Assembly (NCBI GenBank): GCA_964057225.1
Contig: OZ059895.1
Coordinates: 682,001-746,000, forward strand
Length of the DNA stretch: 64,000 nt
Direction: 5' to 3'
From: Auanema rhodensis
Lineage: Eukaryota; Animalia; Nematoda
In this document: positions 25,628 through 39,300 of the stretch, one piece after another
How the letters are laid out: each line of letters opens with the position of its first letter
How positions within the stretch are numbered: the stretch's first letter is position 1
The notes under the pieces: generated by a model
What the model was told of the DNA's origin: nothing
Database searches by the model: none
The model's input: only the letters and a program-made list of their open reading frames with translations
Program-made: the position numbers and the translations under genes

Positions 25628-28600
25628 TGCTGCATTAGTGTATGTTGAGTTTCCATGTACACTCAACATTGCTTCCAAAAACATTTTGACAAAAATGTTT
25701 TCGAAAAATTTCAAAATAATGAAGCAAAAAGTAGATGTTTTTAGATTCCATTTTTCAAGGCAAAGACGATAGACAATGTTATTCAACGAAAAAATTAATT
25801 CTTCAGGGTGAAAATCGAGGATATAAGTGTGAACTTATATCAGTTGATATCTCGGTGCATTTTTAAGTTAGCGCAAATCTGATAACACAGATCGACGCAG
25901 CTTAAAAATCCGCATCGAATGCACTATACTACATTGAGAAACGCTTAATATAAAAATTAGTTATGATCGTTTGAAAAATGCTGCATTAGTGTATGTTGAG
26001 TTTCCATGTACACTCAACATTGCTTCCAAAAACATTTTGACAAAAATTTTTTCGAAAAATTTCAAAATAATGAAGCAAAAAGTAGATGTTTTTAGATTCC
26101 ATTTTTCAAGGCAAAGACGATAGACAATGTTATTCAACGAAAAAATTAATTCTTCAGGGTGAAAATCGAGGATATAAGTGTGAACTTATATCAGTTGATA
26201 TCTCGGTGCATTTTTAAGCTAGCGCAAATCTGATAACACAGATCGACGCAGCTTAAAAATCCGCATCGAATGCACTATACTACATTGAGAAACGCTTAAT
26301 ATAAAAATTAGTTATGATCGTTTGAAAAATGCTGCATTAGTGTATGTTGAGTTTCCATGTACACTCAACATTGCTTCCAAAAACATTTTGACAAAAATTT
26401 TTTCGAAAAATTTCAAAATAATTTAGCAAAAAGTAGATGTTTTTAGATTCCATTTTTCAAGGCAAAGACGATAGACAATGTTATTCAACGAAAAAATTAA
26501 TTCTTCAGGGTGAAAATCGAGGATATAAGTGTGAACTTATATCAGTTGATATCTCGGTGCATTTTTAAGCTAGCGCAAATCTGATAACACAGATCGACGC
26601 AGCTTAAAAATCCGCATCGAATGCACTATACTACATTGAGAGAAGCTTAATACAAAAATTAGTTATGATCGTTTGAAAAATGATGCATTAGTGTATGTTG
26701 AGTTTCCATGTACACTCAACATTGCTTCCAAAAACATTTTGACAAAAATTTTTTCGAAAAATTTCAAAATAATGTAGCAAAAAGTAGATGTTTTTAGATT
26801 TCTTTTTTCAAGGCAAAGTCGATGGACAATGTTATTCAACGAAAAAATTAATTCTTCAGGGTGAAAATCGAGGATATAAGTGTGAACTTATATCAGTTGA
26901 TATCTCGGTGCATTTTTAAGTTAGCGCAAATCTGATAACAGAGATCGACGCAGCTTACAAATCCGCATCGAATGCACTATACTACATTGAGAAACGCTTA
27001 ATATAAAAATTAGTTATGATCGTTTGAAAAATGCTGCATTAGTGTATGTTGAGTTTCCATGTACACTCAACATTGCTTCCAAAAACATTTTGACAAAAAT
27101 TTTTTCGAAAAATTTCAAAATAATGTAGCAAAAAGTAGATGTTTTTAGATTCCTTTTTTCAAGGCAAAGACGATGGACAATGTTATTCAACGAAAAAATT
27201 AATTCTTCAGGGTGAAAATCGAGGATATAAGTGTGAACTTATATCAGTTGATATCTCGGTGCATTTTTAAGTTAGCGCAAATCTGATAACAGAGATCGAC
27301 GCAGCTTACAAATCCGCATCGAATGCACTATACTACATTGAGAAACGCTTAATATAAAAATTAGTTATGATCGTTTGAAAAATGCTGCATTAGTGTATGT
27401 TGAGTTTCCATGTACACTCAACATTGCTTCCAAAAACATTTTGACAAAAATTTTTTCGAAAAATTTCAAGATAATTTAGCAAAAAGTAGATGTTTTTAGA
27501 TTCCATTTTTCAAGGCAAAGACGATAGACAATGTTATTCAACGAAAAAATTAATTCTTCAGGGTGAAAATCGAGGATATAAGTGTGAACTTATATCAGTT
27601 GATATCTCGGTGCATTTTTAAGCTAGCGCAAATCTGATAACACAGATCGACGCAGCTTAAAAATCCGCATCGAATGCATCATACTACATTGAGAGAAGCT
27701 TAATACAAAAATTAGTTATGATCGTTTGAAAAATGATGCATTAGTGTATGTTGAGTTTCCATGTACACTCAACATTGCTTCCAAAAACATTTTGACAAAA
27801 ATTTTTTCGAAAAATTTCAAAATAATGTAGCAAAAAGTAGATGTTTTTAGATTCCTTTTTTCAAGGCAAAGACGATGGACAATGTTATTCAACGAAAAAA
27901 TTAATTCTTCAGGGTGAAAATCGAGGATATAAGTGTGAACTTATATCAGTTGATATCTCGGTGCATTTTTAAGTTAGCGCAAATCTGATAACAGAGATCG
28001 ACGCAGCTTACAAATCCGCATCGAATGCACTATACTACATTGAGAAACGCTTAATATAAAAATTAGTTATGATCGTTTGAAAAATGCTGCATTAGTGTAT
28101 GTTGAGTTTCCATGTACACTCAACATTGCTTCCAAAAACATTTTGACAAAAATTTTTTCGAAAAATTTCAAAATAATTTAGCAAAAAGTAGATGTTTTTA
28201 GATTCCATTTTTCAAGGCAAAGACGATAGACAATGTTATTCAACGAAAAAATTAATTCTTCAGGGTGAAAATCGAGGATATAAGTGTGAACTTATATCAG
28301 TTGATATCTCGGTGCATTTTTAAGCTAGCGCAAATCTGATAACACAGATCGACGCAGCTTAAAAATCCGCATCGAATGCACTATACTACATTGAGAAACG
28401 CTTAATATAAAAATTAGTTATGATCGTTTGAAAAATGCTGCATTAGTGTATGTTGAGTTTCCATGTACACTCAACATTGCTTCCAAAAACATTTTGACAA
28501 AAATTTTTTCGAAAAATTTCAAAATAATTTAGCAAAAAGTAGATGTTTTTAGATTCCATTTTTCAAGGCAAAGACGATAGACAATGTTATTCAACGAAAA

Positions 28601-31600
28601 AATTAATTCTTCAGGGTGAAAATCGAGGATATAAGTGTGAACTTATATCAGTTGATATCTCGGTGCATTTTTAAGCTAGCGCAAATCTGATAACACAGAT
28701 CGACGCAGCTTAAAAATCCGCATCGAATGCACTATACTACATTGAGAGAAGCTTAATACAAAAATTAGTTATGATCGTTTGAAAAATGATGCATTAGTGT
28801 ATGTTGAGTTTCCATGTACACTCAACATTGCTTCCAAAAACATTTTGACAAAAATTTTTTCGAAAAATTTCAAAATAATGTAGCAAAAAGTAGATGTTTT
28901 TAGATTTCTTTTTTCAAGGCAAAGACGATGGACAATGTTATTCAACGAAAAAATTAATTCTTCAGGGTGAAAATCGAGGATATAAGTGTGAACTTATATC
29001 AGTTGATATCTCGGTGCATTTTTAAGTTAGCGCAAATCTGATAACAGAGATCGACGCAGCTTACAAATCCGCATCGAATGCACTATACTACATTGAGAAA
29101 CGCTTAATATAAAAATTAGTTATGATCGTTTGAAAAATGCTGCATTAGTGTATGTTGAGTTTCCATGTACACTCAACATTGCTTCCAAAAACATTTTGAC
29201 AAAAATTTTTTCGAAAAATTTCAAAATAATGTAGCAAAAAGTAGATGTTTTTAGATTCCTTTTTTCAAGGCAAAGACGATGGACAATGTTATTCAACGAA
29301 AAAATTAATTCTTCAGGGTGAAAATCGAGGATATAAGTGTGAACTTATATCAGTTGATATCTCGGTGCATTTTTAAGTTAGCGCAAATCTGATAACAGAG
29401 ATCGACGCAGCTTACAAATCCGCATCGAATGCACTATACTACATTGAGAAACGCTTAATATAAAAATTAGTTATGATCGTTTGAAAAATGCTGCATTAGT
29501 GTATGTTGAGTTTCCATGTACACTCAACATTGCTTCCAAAAACATTTTGACAAAAATTTTTTCGAAAAATTTCAAAATAATTTAGCAAAAAGTAGATGTT
29601 TTTAGATTCCATTTTTCAAGGCAAAGACGATAGACAATGTTATTCAACGAAAAAATTAATTCTTCAGGGTGAAAATCGAGGATATAAGTGTGAACTTATA
29701 TCAGTTGATATCTCGGTGCATTTTTAAGCTAGCGCAAATCTGATAACACAGATCGACGCAACTTAAAAATCCGCATCGAATGCACTATACTACATTGAGA
29801 AACGCTTAATATAAAAATTAGTTATGATCGTTTGAAAAATGCTGCATTAGTGTATGTTGAGTTTCCATGTACACTCAACATTGCTTCCAAAAACATTTTG
29901 ACAAAAATTTTTTCGAAAAATTTCAAAATAATTTAGCAAAAAGTAGATGTTTTTAGATTCCATTTTTCAAGGCAAAGACGATAGACAATGTTATTCAACG
30001 AAAAAATTAATTCTTCAGGGTGAAAATCGAGGATATAAGTGTGAACTTATATCAGTTGATATCTCGGTGCATTTTTAAGCTAGCGCAAATCTGATAACAC
30101 AGATCGACGCAGCTTAAAAATCCGCATCGAATGCACTATACTACATTGAGAGAAGCTTAATACAAAAATTAGTTATGATCGTTTGAAAAATGATGCATTA
30201 GTGTATGTTGAGTTTCCATGTACACTCAACATTGCTTCCAAAAACATTTTGACAAAAATTTTTTCGAAAAATTTCAAAATAATGTAGCAAAAAGTAGATG
30301 TTTTTAGATTTCTTTTTTCAAGGCAAAGACGATGGACAATGTTATTCAACGAAAAAATTAATTCTTCAGGGTGAAAATCGAGGATATAAGTGTGAACTTA
30401 TATCAGTTGATATCTCGGTGCATTTTTAAGTTAGCGCAAATCTGATAACAGAGATCGACGCAGCTTACAAATCCGCATCGAATGCACTATACTACATTGA
30501 GAAACGCTTAATATAAAAATTAGTTATGATCGTTTGAAAAATGCTGCATTAGTGTATGTTGAGTTTCCATGTACACTCAACATTGCTTCCAAAAACATTT
30601 TGACAAAAATTTTTTCGAAAAATTTCAAAATAATGTAGCAAAAAGTAGATGTTTTTAGATTCCTTTTTTCAAGGCAAAGACGATGGACAATGTTATTCAA
30701 CGAAAAAATTAATTCTTCAGGGTGAAAATCGAGGATATAAGTGTGAACTTATATCAGTTGATATCTCGGTGCATTTTTAAGTTAGCGCAAATCTGATAAC
30801 AGAGATCGACGCAGCTTACAAATCCGCATCGAATGCACTATACTACATTGAGAAACGCTTAATATAAAAATTAGTTATGATCGTTTGAAAAATGCTGCAT
30901 TAGTGTATGTTGAGTTTCCATGTACACTCAACATTGCTTCCAAAAACATTTTGACAAAAATTTTTTCGAAAAATTTCAAAATAATTTAGCAAAAAGTAGA
31001 TGTTTTTAGATTCCATTTTTCAAGGCAAAGACGATAGACAATGTTATTCAACGAAAAAATTAATTCTTCAGGGTGAAAATCGAGGATATAAGTGTGAACT
31101 TATATCAGTTGATATCTCGGTGCATTTTTAAGCTAGCGCAAATCTGATAACACAGATCGACGCAGCTTAAAAATCCGCATCGAATGCACTATACTACATT
31201 GAGAAACGCTTAATATAAAAATTAGTTATGATCGTTTGAAAAATGCTGCATTAGTGTATGTTGAGTTTCCATGTACACTCAACATTGCTTCCAAAAACAT
31301 TTTGACAAAAATTTTTTCGAAAAATTTCAAAATAATTTAGCAAAAAGTAGATGTTTTTAGATTTCATTTTTCAAGGCAAAGACGATAGACAATGTTATTC
31401 AACGAAAAAATTAATTCTTCAGGGTGAAAATCGAGGATATAAGTGTGAACTTATATCAGTTGATATCTCGGTGCATTTTTAAGCTAGCGCAAATCTGATA
31501 ACACAGATCGACGCAGCTTAAAAATCCGCATCGAATGCACTATACTACATTGAGAGAAGCTTAATACAAAAATTAGTTATGATCGTTTGAAAAATGATGC

Positions 31601-33349
31601 ATTAGTGTATGTTGAGTTTCCATGTACACTCAACATTGCTTCCAAAAACATTTTGACAAAAATTTTTTCGAAAAATTTCAAAATAATTTAGCAAAAAGTA
31701 GATGTTTTTAGATTTCTTTTTTCAAGGCAAAGACGATGGACAATGTTATTCAACGAAAAAATTAATTCTTCAGGGTGAAAATCGAGGATATAAGTGTGAA
31801 CTTATATCAGTTGATATCTCGGTGCATTTTTAAGTTAGCGCAAATCTGATAACAGAGATCGACGCAGCTTACAAATCCGCATCGAATGCACTATACTACA
31901 TTGAGAAACGCTTAATATAAAAATTAGTTATGATCGTTTGAAAAATGCTGCATTAGTGTATGTTGAGTTTCCATGTACACTCAACATTGCTTCCAAAAAC
32001 ATTTTGACAAAAATTTTTTCGAAAAATTTCAAAATAATTTAGCAAAAAGTAGATGTTTTTAGATTCCATTTTTCAAGGCAAAGACGATAGACAATGTTAT
32101 TCAACGAAAAAATTAATTCTTCAGGGTGAAAATCGAGGATATAAGTGTGAACTTATATCAGTTGATATCTCGGTGCATTTTTAAGCTAGCGCAAATCTGA
32201 TAACACAGATCGACGCAGCTTAAAAATCCGCATCGAATGCACTATACTACATTGAGAGAAGCTTAATACAAAAATTAGTTATGATCGTTTGAAAAATGAT
32301 GCATTAGTGTATGTTGAGTTTCCATGTACACTCAACATTGCTTCCAAAAACATTTTGACAAAAATTTTTTCGAAAAATTTCAAAATAATGTAGCAAAAAG
32401 TAGATGTTTTTAGATTTCTTTTTTCAAGGCAAAGACGATGGACAATGTTATTCAACGAAAAAATTAATTCTTCAGGGTGAAAATCGAGGATATAAGTGTG
32501 AACTTATATCAGTTGATATCTCGGTGCATTTTTAAGTTAGCGCAAATCTGATAACAGAGATCGACGCAGCTTACAAATCCGCATCGAATGCACTATACTA
32601 CATTGAGAAACGCTTAATATAAAAATTAGTTATGATCGTTTGAAAAATGCTGCATTAGTGTATGTTGAGTTTCCATGTACACTCAACATTGCTTCCAAAA
32701 ACATTTTGACAAAAATTTTTTCGAAAAATTTCAAAATAATTTAGCAAAAAGTAGATGTTTTTAGATTCCATTTTTCAAGGCAAAGACGATAGACAATGTT
32801 ATTCAACGAAAAAATTAATTCTTCAGGGTGAAAATCGAGGATATAAGTGTGAACTTATATCAGTTGATATCTCGGTGCATTTTTAAGCTAGCGCAAATCT
32901 GATAACACAGATCGACGCAGCTTAAAAATCCGCATCGAATGCACTATACTACATTGAGAAACGCTTAATATAAAAATTAGTTATGATCGTTTGAAAAATG
33001 ATGCATTAGTGTATGTTGAGTTTCCATGTACACTCAACATTGCTTCCAAAAACATTTTGACAAAAATTTTTTCGAAAAATTTCAAAATAATTTAGCAAAA
33101 AGTAGATGTTTTTAGATTCCATTTTCCAAGGCAAAGACGATAGACAATGTTATTCAACGAAAAAATTAATTCTTCAGGGTGAAAATCGAGGATATAAGTG
33201 TGAACTTATATCAGTTGATATCTCGGTGCATTTTTAAGCTAGCGCAAATCTGATAACACAGATCGACGCAGCTTAAAAATCCGCATCGAATGCACTATAC
33301 TACATTGAGAGAAGCTTAATACAAAAATTAGTTATGATCGTTTGAAAAA
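25628..33349. repeat. Satellite subfamily domain C (low-diversity tract; 'tgCtgcatt' and 'gagaGaAgc' variants)
   Basis: Most copies begin tgctgcatt rather than tgatgcatt. Essentially two monomer types are interleaved, with gagagaagc recurring every 2-4 monomers. Confidence 0.75.
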
Positions 33350-36300
33350 TGATGCATTAGTGTATGTTGAGTTTCCATGTACACTCAACATTGCTTCCAA
33401 AAACATTTTGACAAAAATTTTTTCGAAAAATTTCAAAATAATTTAGCAAAAAGTAGATGTTTTTAGATTCCTTTTTTCAAGGCAAAGACGATGAACAATG
33501 TTATTCAACGAAAAAATTATTTCTTCAGGGTGAAAATCGAGGATATAAGTGTGAACTTGTATCAGTTGATATCTCGGTGCATTTTTAAGCTAGCGTAAAT
33601 CTGATAACACAGATCGACGCAGCTTAAAAATCCGCATCGAATGCACTATACTACATTGAAAAACGCTTGATACAAAAATTAGTTATGATCGTTTGAAAAA
33701 TGATGCATTAGTGTATGTTGAGTTTCCATGTACACTCAACATTGCTTCCAAAAACATTTTGCCAAAAGTTTTTCGAAAAATTTCAAAATAATTTAGCAAA
33801 AAGTAGATGTTTTTAGATTCGATTTTTCAAGGCAAAGACGATGGACAATGTTATTCAACAAAAAAATTAATTCTCCAGGATGAAAATCGAGGATATAAGT
33901 GTGAACTTATATCAGTTGATATCTCGGTGCATTTTTAAGCTAGCGCAAATCTGATAACACAGATCGACGCAGCTTAAAAATCCGCATCGAATGCACTATA
34001 CTACATTGAAAAACGCTTAATACAAAAATTAGTTATGATCGTTTGAAAAATGATGCATTAGTGTATGTTGAGTTTCCATGTACACTCAACATTGCTTCCA
34101 AAAACATTTTGACAAAAATTTTTTCGAAAAATTTCAAAATAATTTAACAAAAAGTAGATGTTTTTAGATTTCATTTTTCAAGGCAAAGACGATAGACAAT
34201 GTTATTCAACGAAAAAATTAATTCTTCAGGGTGAAAATCGAGGATATAAGTGTGAACTTATATCAGTTGATATCTCGGTGCATTTTTAAGCTAGCGCAAA
34301 TCTGATAACACAGATCGACGCAGCTTAAAAATCCGCATCGAATGCACTATACTACATTGAGAGAAGCTTAATACAAAAATTAGTTATGATCGTTTGAAAA
34401 ATGATGCATTAGTGTATGTTGAGTTTCCATGTACACTCAACATTGCTTCCAAAAACATTTTGACAAAAATTTTTTCGAAAAATTTCAAAATAATTTAGCA
34501 AAAAGTAGATGTTTTTAGATTCCTTTTTTCAAGGCAAAGACGATGGACAATGTTATTCAACGAAAAAATTAATTCTTCAGGGTGAAAATCGAGGATATAA
34601 GTGTGAACTTATATCAGGTGATATCTCGGTGCATTTTTAAGTTAGCGCAAATCTGATAACAGAGATCGACGCAGCTTACAAATCCGCATCGAATGCACTA
34701 TACTACATTGAGAAACGCTTAATATAAAAATTAGTTATGATCGTTTGAAAAATGCTGCATTAGTGTATGTTGAGTTTCCATGTACACTCAACATTGCTTC
34801 CAAAAACATTTTGACAAAAATTTTTTCGAAAAATTTCAAAATAATGTAGCAAAAAGTAGATGTTTTTAGATTTCTTTTTTCAAGGCAAAGACGATGGACA
34901 ATGTTATTCAACGAAAAAATTAATTCTTCAGGGTGAAAATCGAGGATATAAGTGTGAACTTATATCAGTTGATATCTCGGTGCATTTTTAAGTTAGCGCA
35001 AATCTGATAACAGAGATCGACGCAGCTTACAAATCCGCATCGAATGCACTATACTACATTGAGAAACGCTTAATATAAAAATTAGTTATGATCGTTTGAA
35101 AAATGCTGCATTAGTGTATGTTGAGTTTCCATGTACACTCAACATTGCTTCCAAAAACATTTTGACAAAAATTTTTTCGAAAAATTTCAAAATAATTTAG
35201 CAAAAAGTAGATGTTTTTAGATTCCATTTTTCAAGGCAAAGACGATAGACAATGTTATTCAACGAAAAAATTAATTCTTCAGGGTGAAAATCGAGGATAT
35301 AAGTGTGAACTTATATCAGTTGATATCTCGGTGCATTTTTAAGCTAGCGCAAATCTGATAACACAGATCGACGCAGCTTAAAAATCCGCATCGAATGCAC
35401 TATACTACATTGAGAAACGCTTAATATAAAAATTAGTTATGATCGTTTGAAAAATGATGCTTTAGTGTATGTTGAGTTTCCATGTACACTCAACATTGCT
35501 TCCAAAAACATTTTGACAAAAATTTTTTCGAAAAATTTCAAAATAATTTAGCAAAAAGTAGATGTTTTTAGATTCCTTTTTTCAAGGCAAAGACGATGGA
35601 CAATGTTATTCAACGAAAAAAATATTTCTTCAGGGTGAAAATCGAGGATATAAGTGTGAACTTGTATCAGTTGATATCTCGGTGCATTTTTAAGCTAGCG
35701 TAAATCTGATAACACAGATCGACGCAGCTTAAAAATCCGCATCGAATGCACTATACTACATTGAAAAACGCTTGATACAAAAATTAGTTATGATCGTTTG
35801 AAAAATGATGCATTAGTGTATGTTGAGTTTCCATGTACACTCAACATTGCTTCCAAAAACATTTTGCCAAAAGTTTTTCGAAAAATTTCAAAATAATTTA
35901 GCAAAAAGTAGATGTTTTTAGATTCGATTTTTCAAGGCAAAGACGATGGACAATGTTATTCAACAAAAAAATTAATTCTCCAGGATGAAAATCGAGGATA
36001 TAAGTGTGAACTTATATCAGTTGATATCTCGGTGCATTTTTAAGCTAGCGCAAATCTGATAACACAGATCGACGCAGCTTAAAAATCCGCATCGAATACA
36101 CTATACTACATTGAAAAACGCTTAATACAAAAATTAGTTATGATCGTTTGAAAAATGATGCATTAGTGTATGTTGAGTTTCCATGTACACTCAACATTGC
36201 TTCCAAAAACATTTTGACAAAAATTTTTTCAAAAAATTTCAAAATAATTTAGCAAAAAGTAGATGTTTTTAGATTCCTTTTTTCAAGGCAAAGACGATGG

Positions 36301-39300
36301 ACAATGTTATTCAACGAAAAAATTAATTCTTCAGGGTGAAAATCGAGGATATAAGTGTGAACTTATATCAGTTGATGTCTCGGTGCATTTTTAAGTTAGC
36401 GCAAATCTGATAACACAGATCGACGCAGCTTAAAAATCCGCATCGAATGCACTATACTACATTGAGAAACGCTTGATACAAAAATTAGTTATGATCGTTT
36501 GAAAAATGATGCATTAGTGTATGTTGAGTTTCCATGTACACTCAACATTGCTTACAAAAACATTTTGACAAAAATTTTTTCAAAAAATTTCAAAATAATT
36601 TAGCAAAAAGTAGATGTTTTTAGATTCCTTTTTTCAAGGCAAAGACGATGGACAATGTTATTCAACGAAAAAATTAATTCTTCAGGGTGAAAATCAAGGA
36701 TATAAGTGTGAACTTATATCAGTTGATGTCTCGGTGCATTTTTAAGTTAGCGCAAATCTGATAACACAGATCGACGCAGCTTAAAAATCCGCATCGAATG
36801 CACTATACTACATTGAGAAACGCTTGATACAAAAATTAGTTATGATCGTTTGAAAAATGATGCATTAGTGTATGTTGAGTTTCCATGTACACTCAACATT
36901 GCTTCCAAAAACATTTTGACAAAAATTTTTTCGAAAAATTTCAAAATAATGTAGCAAAAAGTAGATGTTTTTAGATTTCTTTTTTCAAGGCAAAGACGAT
37001 GGACAATGTTATTCAACGAAAAAATTAATTCTTCAGGGTGAAAATCGAGGATATAAGTGTGAACTTATATCAGTTGATATCTCGGTGCATTTTTAAGTTA
37101 GCGCAAATCTGATAACAGAGATCGACGCAGCTTACAAATCCGCATCGAATGCACTATACTACATTGAGAAACGCTTAATATAAAAATTAGTTATGATCGT
37201 TTGAAAAATGCTGCATTAGTGTATGTTGAGTTTCCATGTACACTCAACATTGCTTCCAAAAACATTTTGACAAAAATTTTTTCGAAAAATTTCAAAATAA
37301 TGTAGCAAAAAGTAGATGTTTTTAGATTTCTTTTTTCAAGGCAAAGACGATGGACAATGTTATTCAACGAAAAAATTAATTCTTCAGGGTGAAAATCGAG
37401 GATATAAGTGTGAACTTATATCAGTTGATATCTCGGTGCATTTTTAAGTTAGCGCAAATCTGATAACAGAGATCGACGCAGCTTACAAATCCGCATCGAA
37501 TGCACTATACTACATTGAGAAACGCTTAATATAAAAATTAGTTATGATCGTTTGAAAAATGCTGCATTAGTGTATGTTGAGTTTCCATGTACACTCAACA
37601 TTGCTTCCAAAAACATTTTGACAAAAATTTTTTCGAAAAATTTCAAAATAATTTAGCAAAAAGTAGATGTTTTTAGATTCCATTTTTCAAGGCAAAGACG
37701 ATAGACAATGTTATTCAACGAAAAAATTAATTCTTCAGGGTGAAAATCGAGGATATAAGTGTGAACTTATATCAGTTGATATCTCGGTGCATTTTTAAGC
37801 TAGCGCAAATCTGATAACACAGATCGACGCAGCTTAAAAATCCGCATCGAATGCACTATACTACATTGAGAAACGCTTAATATAAAAATTAGTTATGATC
37901 GTTTGAAAAATGATGCATTAGTGTATGTTGAGTTTCCATGTACACTCAACATTGCTTCCAAAAACATTTTGACAAAAATTTTTTCGAAAAATTTCAAAAT
38001 AATTTAGCAAAAAGTAGATGTTTTTAGATTCCTTTTTTCAAGGCAAAGACGATGGACAATGTTATTCAACGAAAAAAATATTTCTTCAGGGTGAAAATCG
38101 AGGATATAAGTGTGAACTTGTATCAGTTGATATCTCGGTGCATTTTTAAGCTAGCGTAAATCTGATAACACAGATCGACGCAGCTTAAAAATCCGCATCG
38201 AATGCACTATACTACATTGAAAAACGCTTGATACAAAAATTAGTTATGATCGTTTGAAAAATGATGCATTAGTGTATGTTGAGTTTCCATGTACACTCAA
38301 CATTGCTTCCAAAAACATTTTGCCAAAAGTTTTTCGAAAAATTTCAAAATAATTTAGCAAAAAGTAGATGTTTTTAGATTCGATTTTTCAAGGCAAAGAC
38401 GATGGACAATGTTATTCAACAAAAAAATTAATTCTCCAGGATGAAAATCGAGGATATAAGTGTGAACTTATATCAGTTGATATCTCGGTGCATTTTTAAG
38501 CTAGCGCAAATCTGATAACACAGATCGACGCAGCTTAAAAATCCGCATCGAATACACTATACTACATTGAAAAACGCTTAATACAAAAATTAGTTATGAT
38601 CGTTTGAAAAATGATGCATTAGTGTATGTTGAGTTTCCATGTACACTCAACATTGCTTCCAAAAACATTTTGACAAAAATTTTTTCAAAAAATTTCAAAA
38701 TAATTTAGCAAAAAGTAGATGTTTTTAGATTCCTTTTTTCAAGGCAAAGACGATGGACAATGTTATTCAACGAAAAAATTAATTCTTCAGGGTGAAAATC
38801 GAGGATATAAGTGTGAACTTATATCAGTTGATGTCTCGGTGCATTTTTAAGTTAGCGCAAATCTGATAACACAGATCGACGCAGCTTAAAAATCCGCATC
38901 GAATGCACTATACTACATTGAGAAACGCTTGATACAAAAATTAGTTATGATCGTTTGAAAAATGATGCATTAGTGTATGTTGAGTTTCCATGTACACTCA
39001 ACATTGCTTCCAAAAACATTTTGACAAAAATTTTTTCGAAAAATTTCAAAATAATGTAGCAAAAAGTAGATGTTTTTAGATTCCTTTTTTCAAGGCGAAG
39101 ACGATGGACAAAGTTATTCAACAAAAAAATTGATTCTTCAGGGTGAAAATCGAGGATATAAGTGTGAACTTATATCAGTTGATATCTCGGTGCATTTTTA
39201 AGTTAGCGCAAATCTGATAACACAGATCGACGCAGCTTACAAATCCGCATCGAATGCACTATACTACATTGAGAAACGCTAAATACAAAAATTAGTTATG

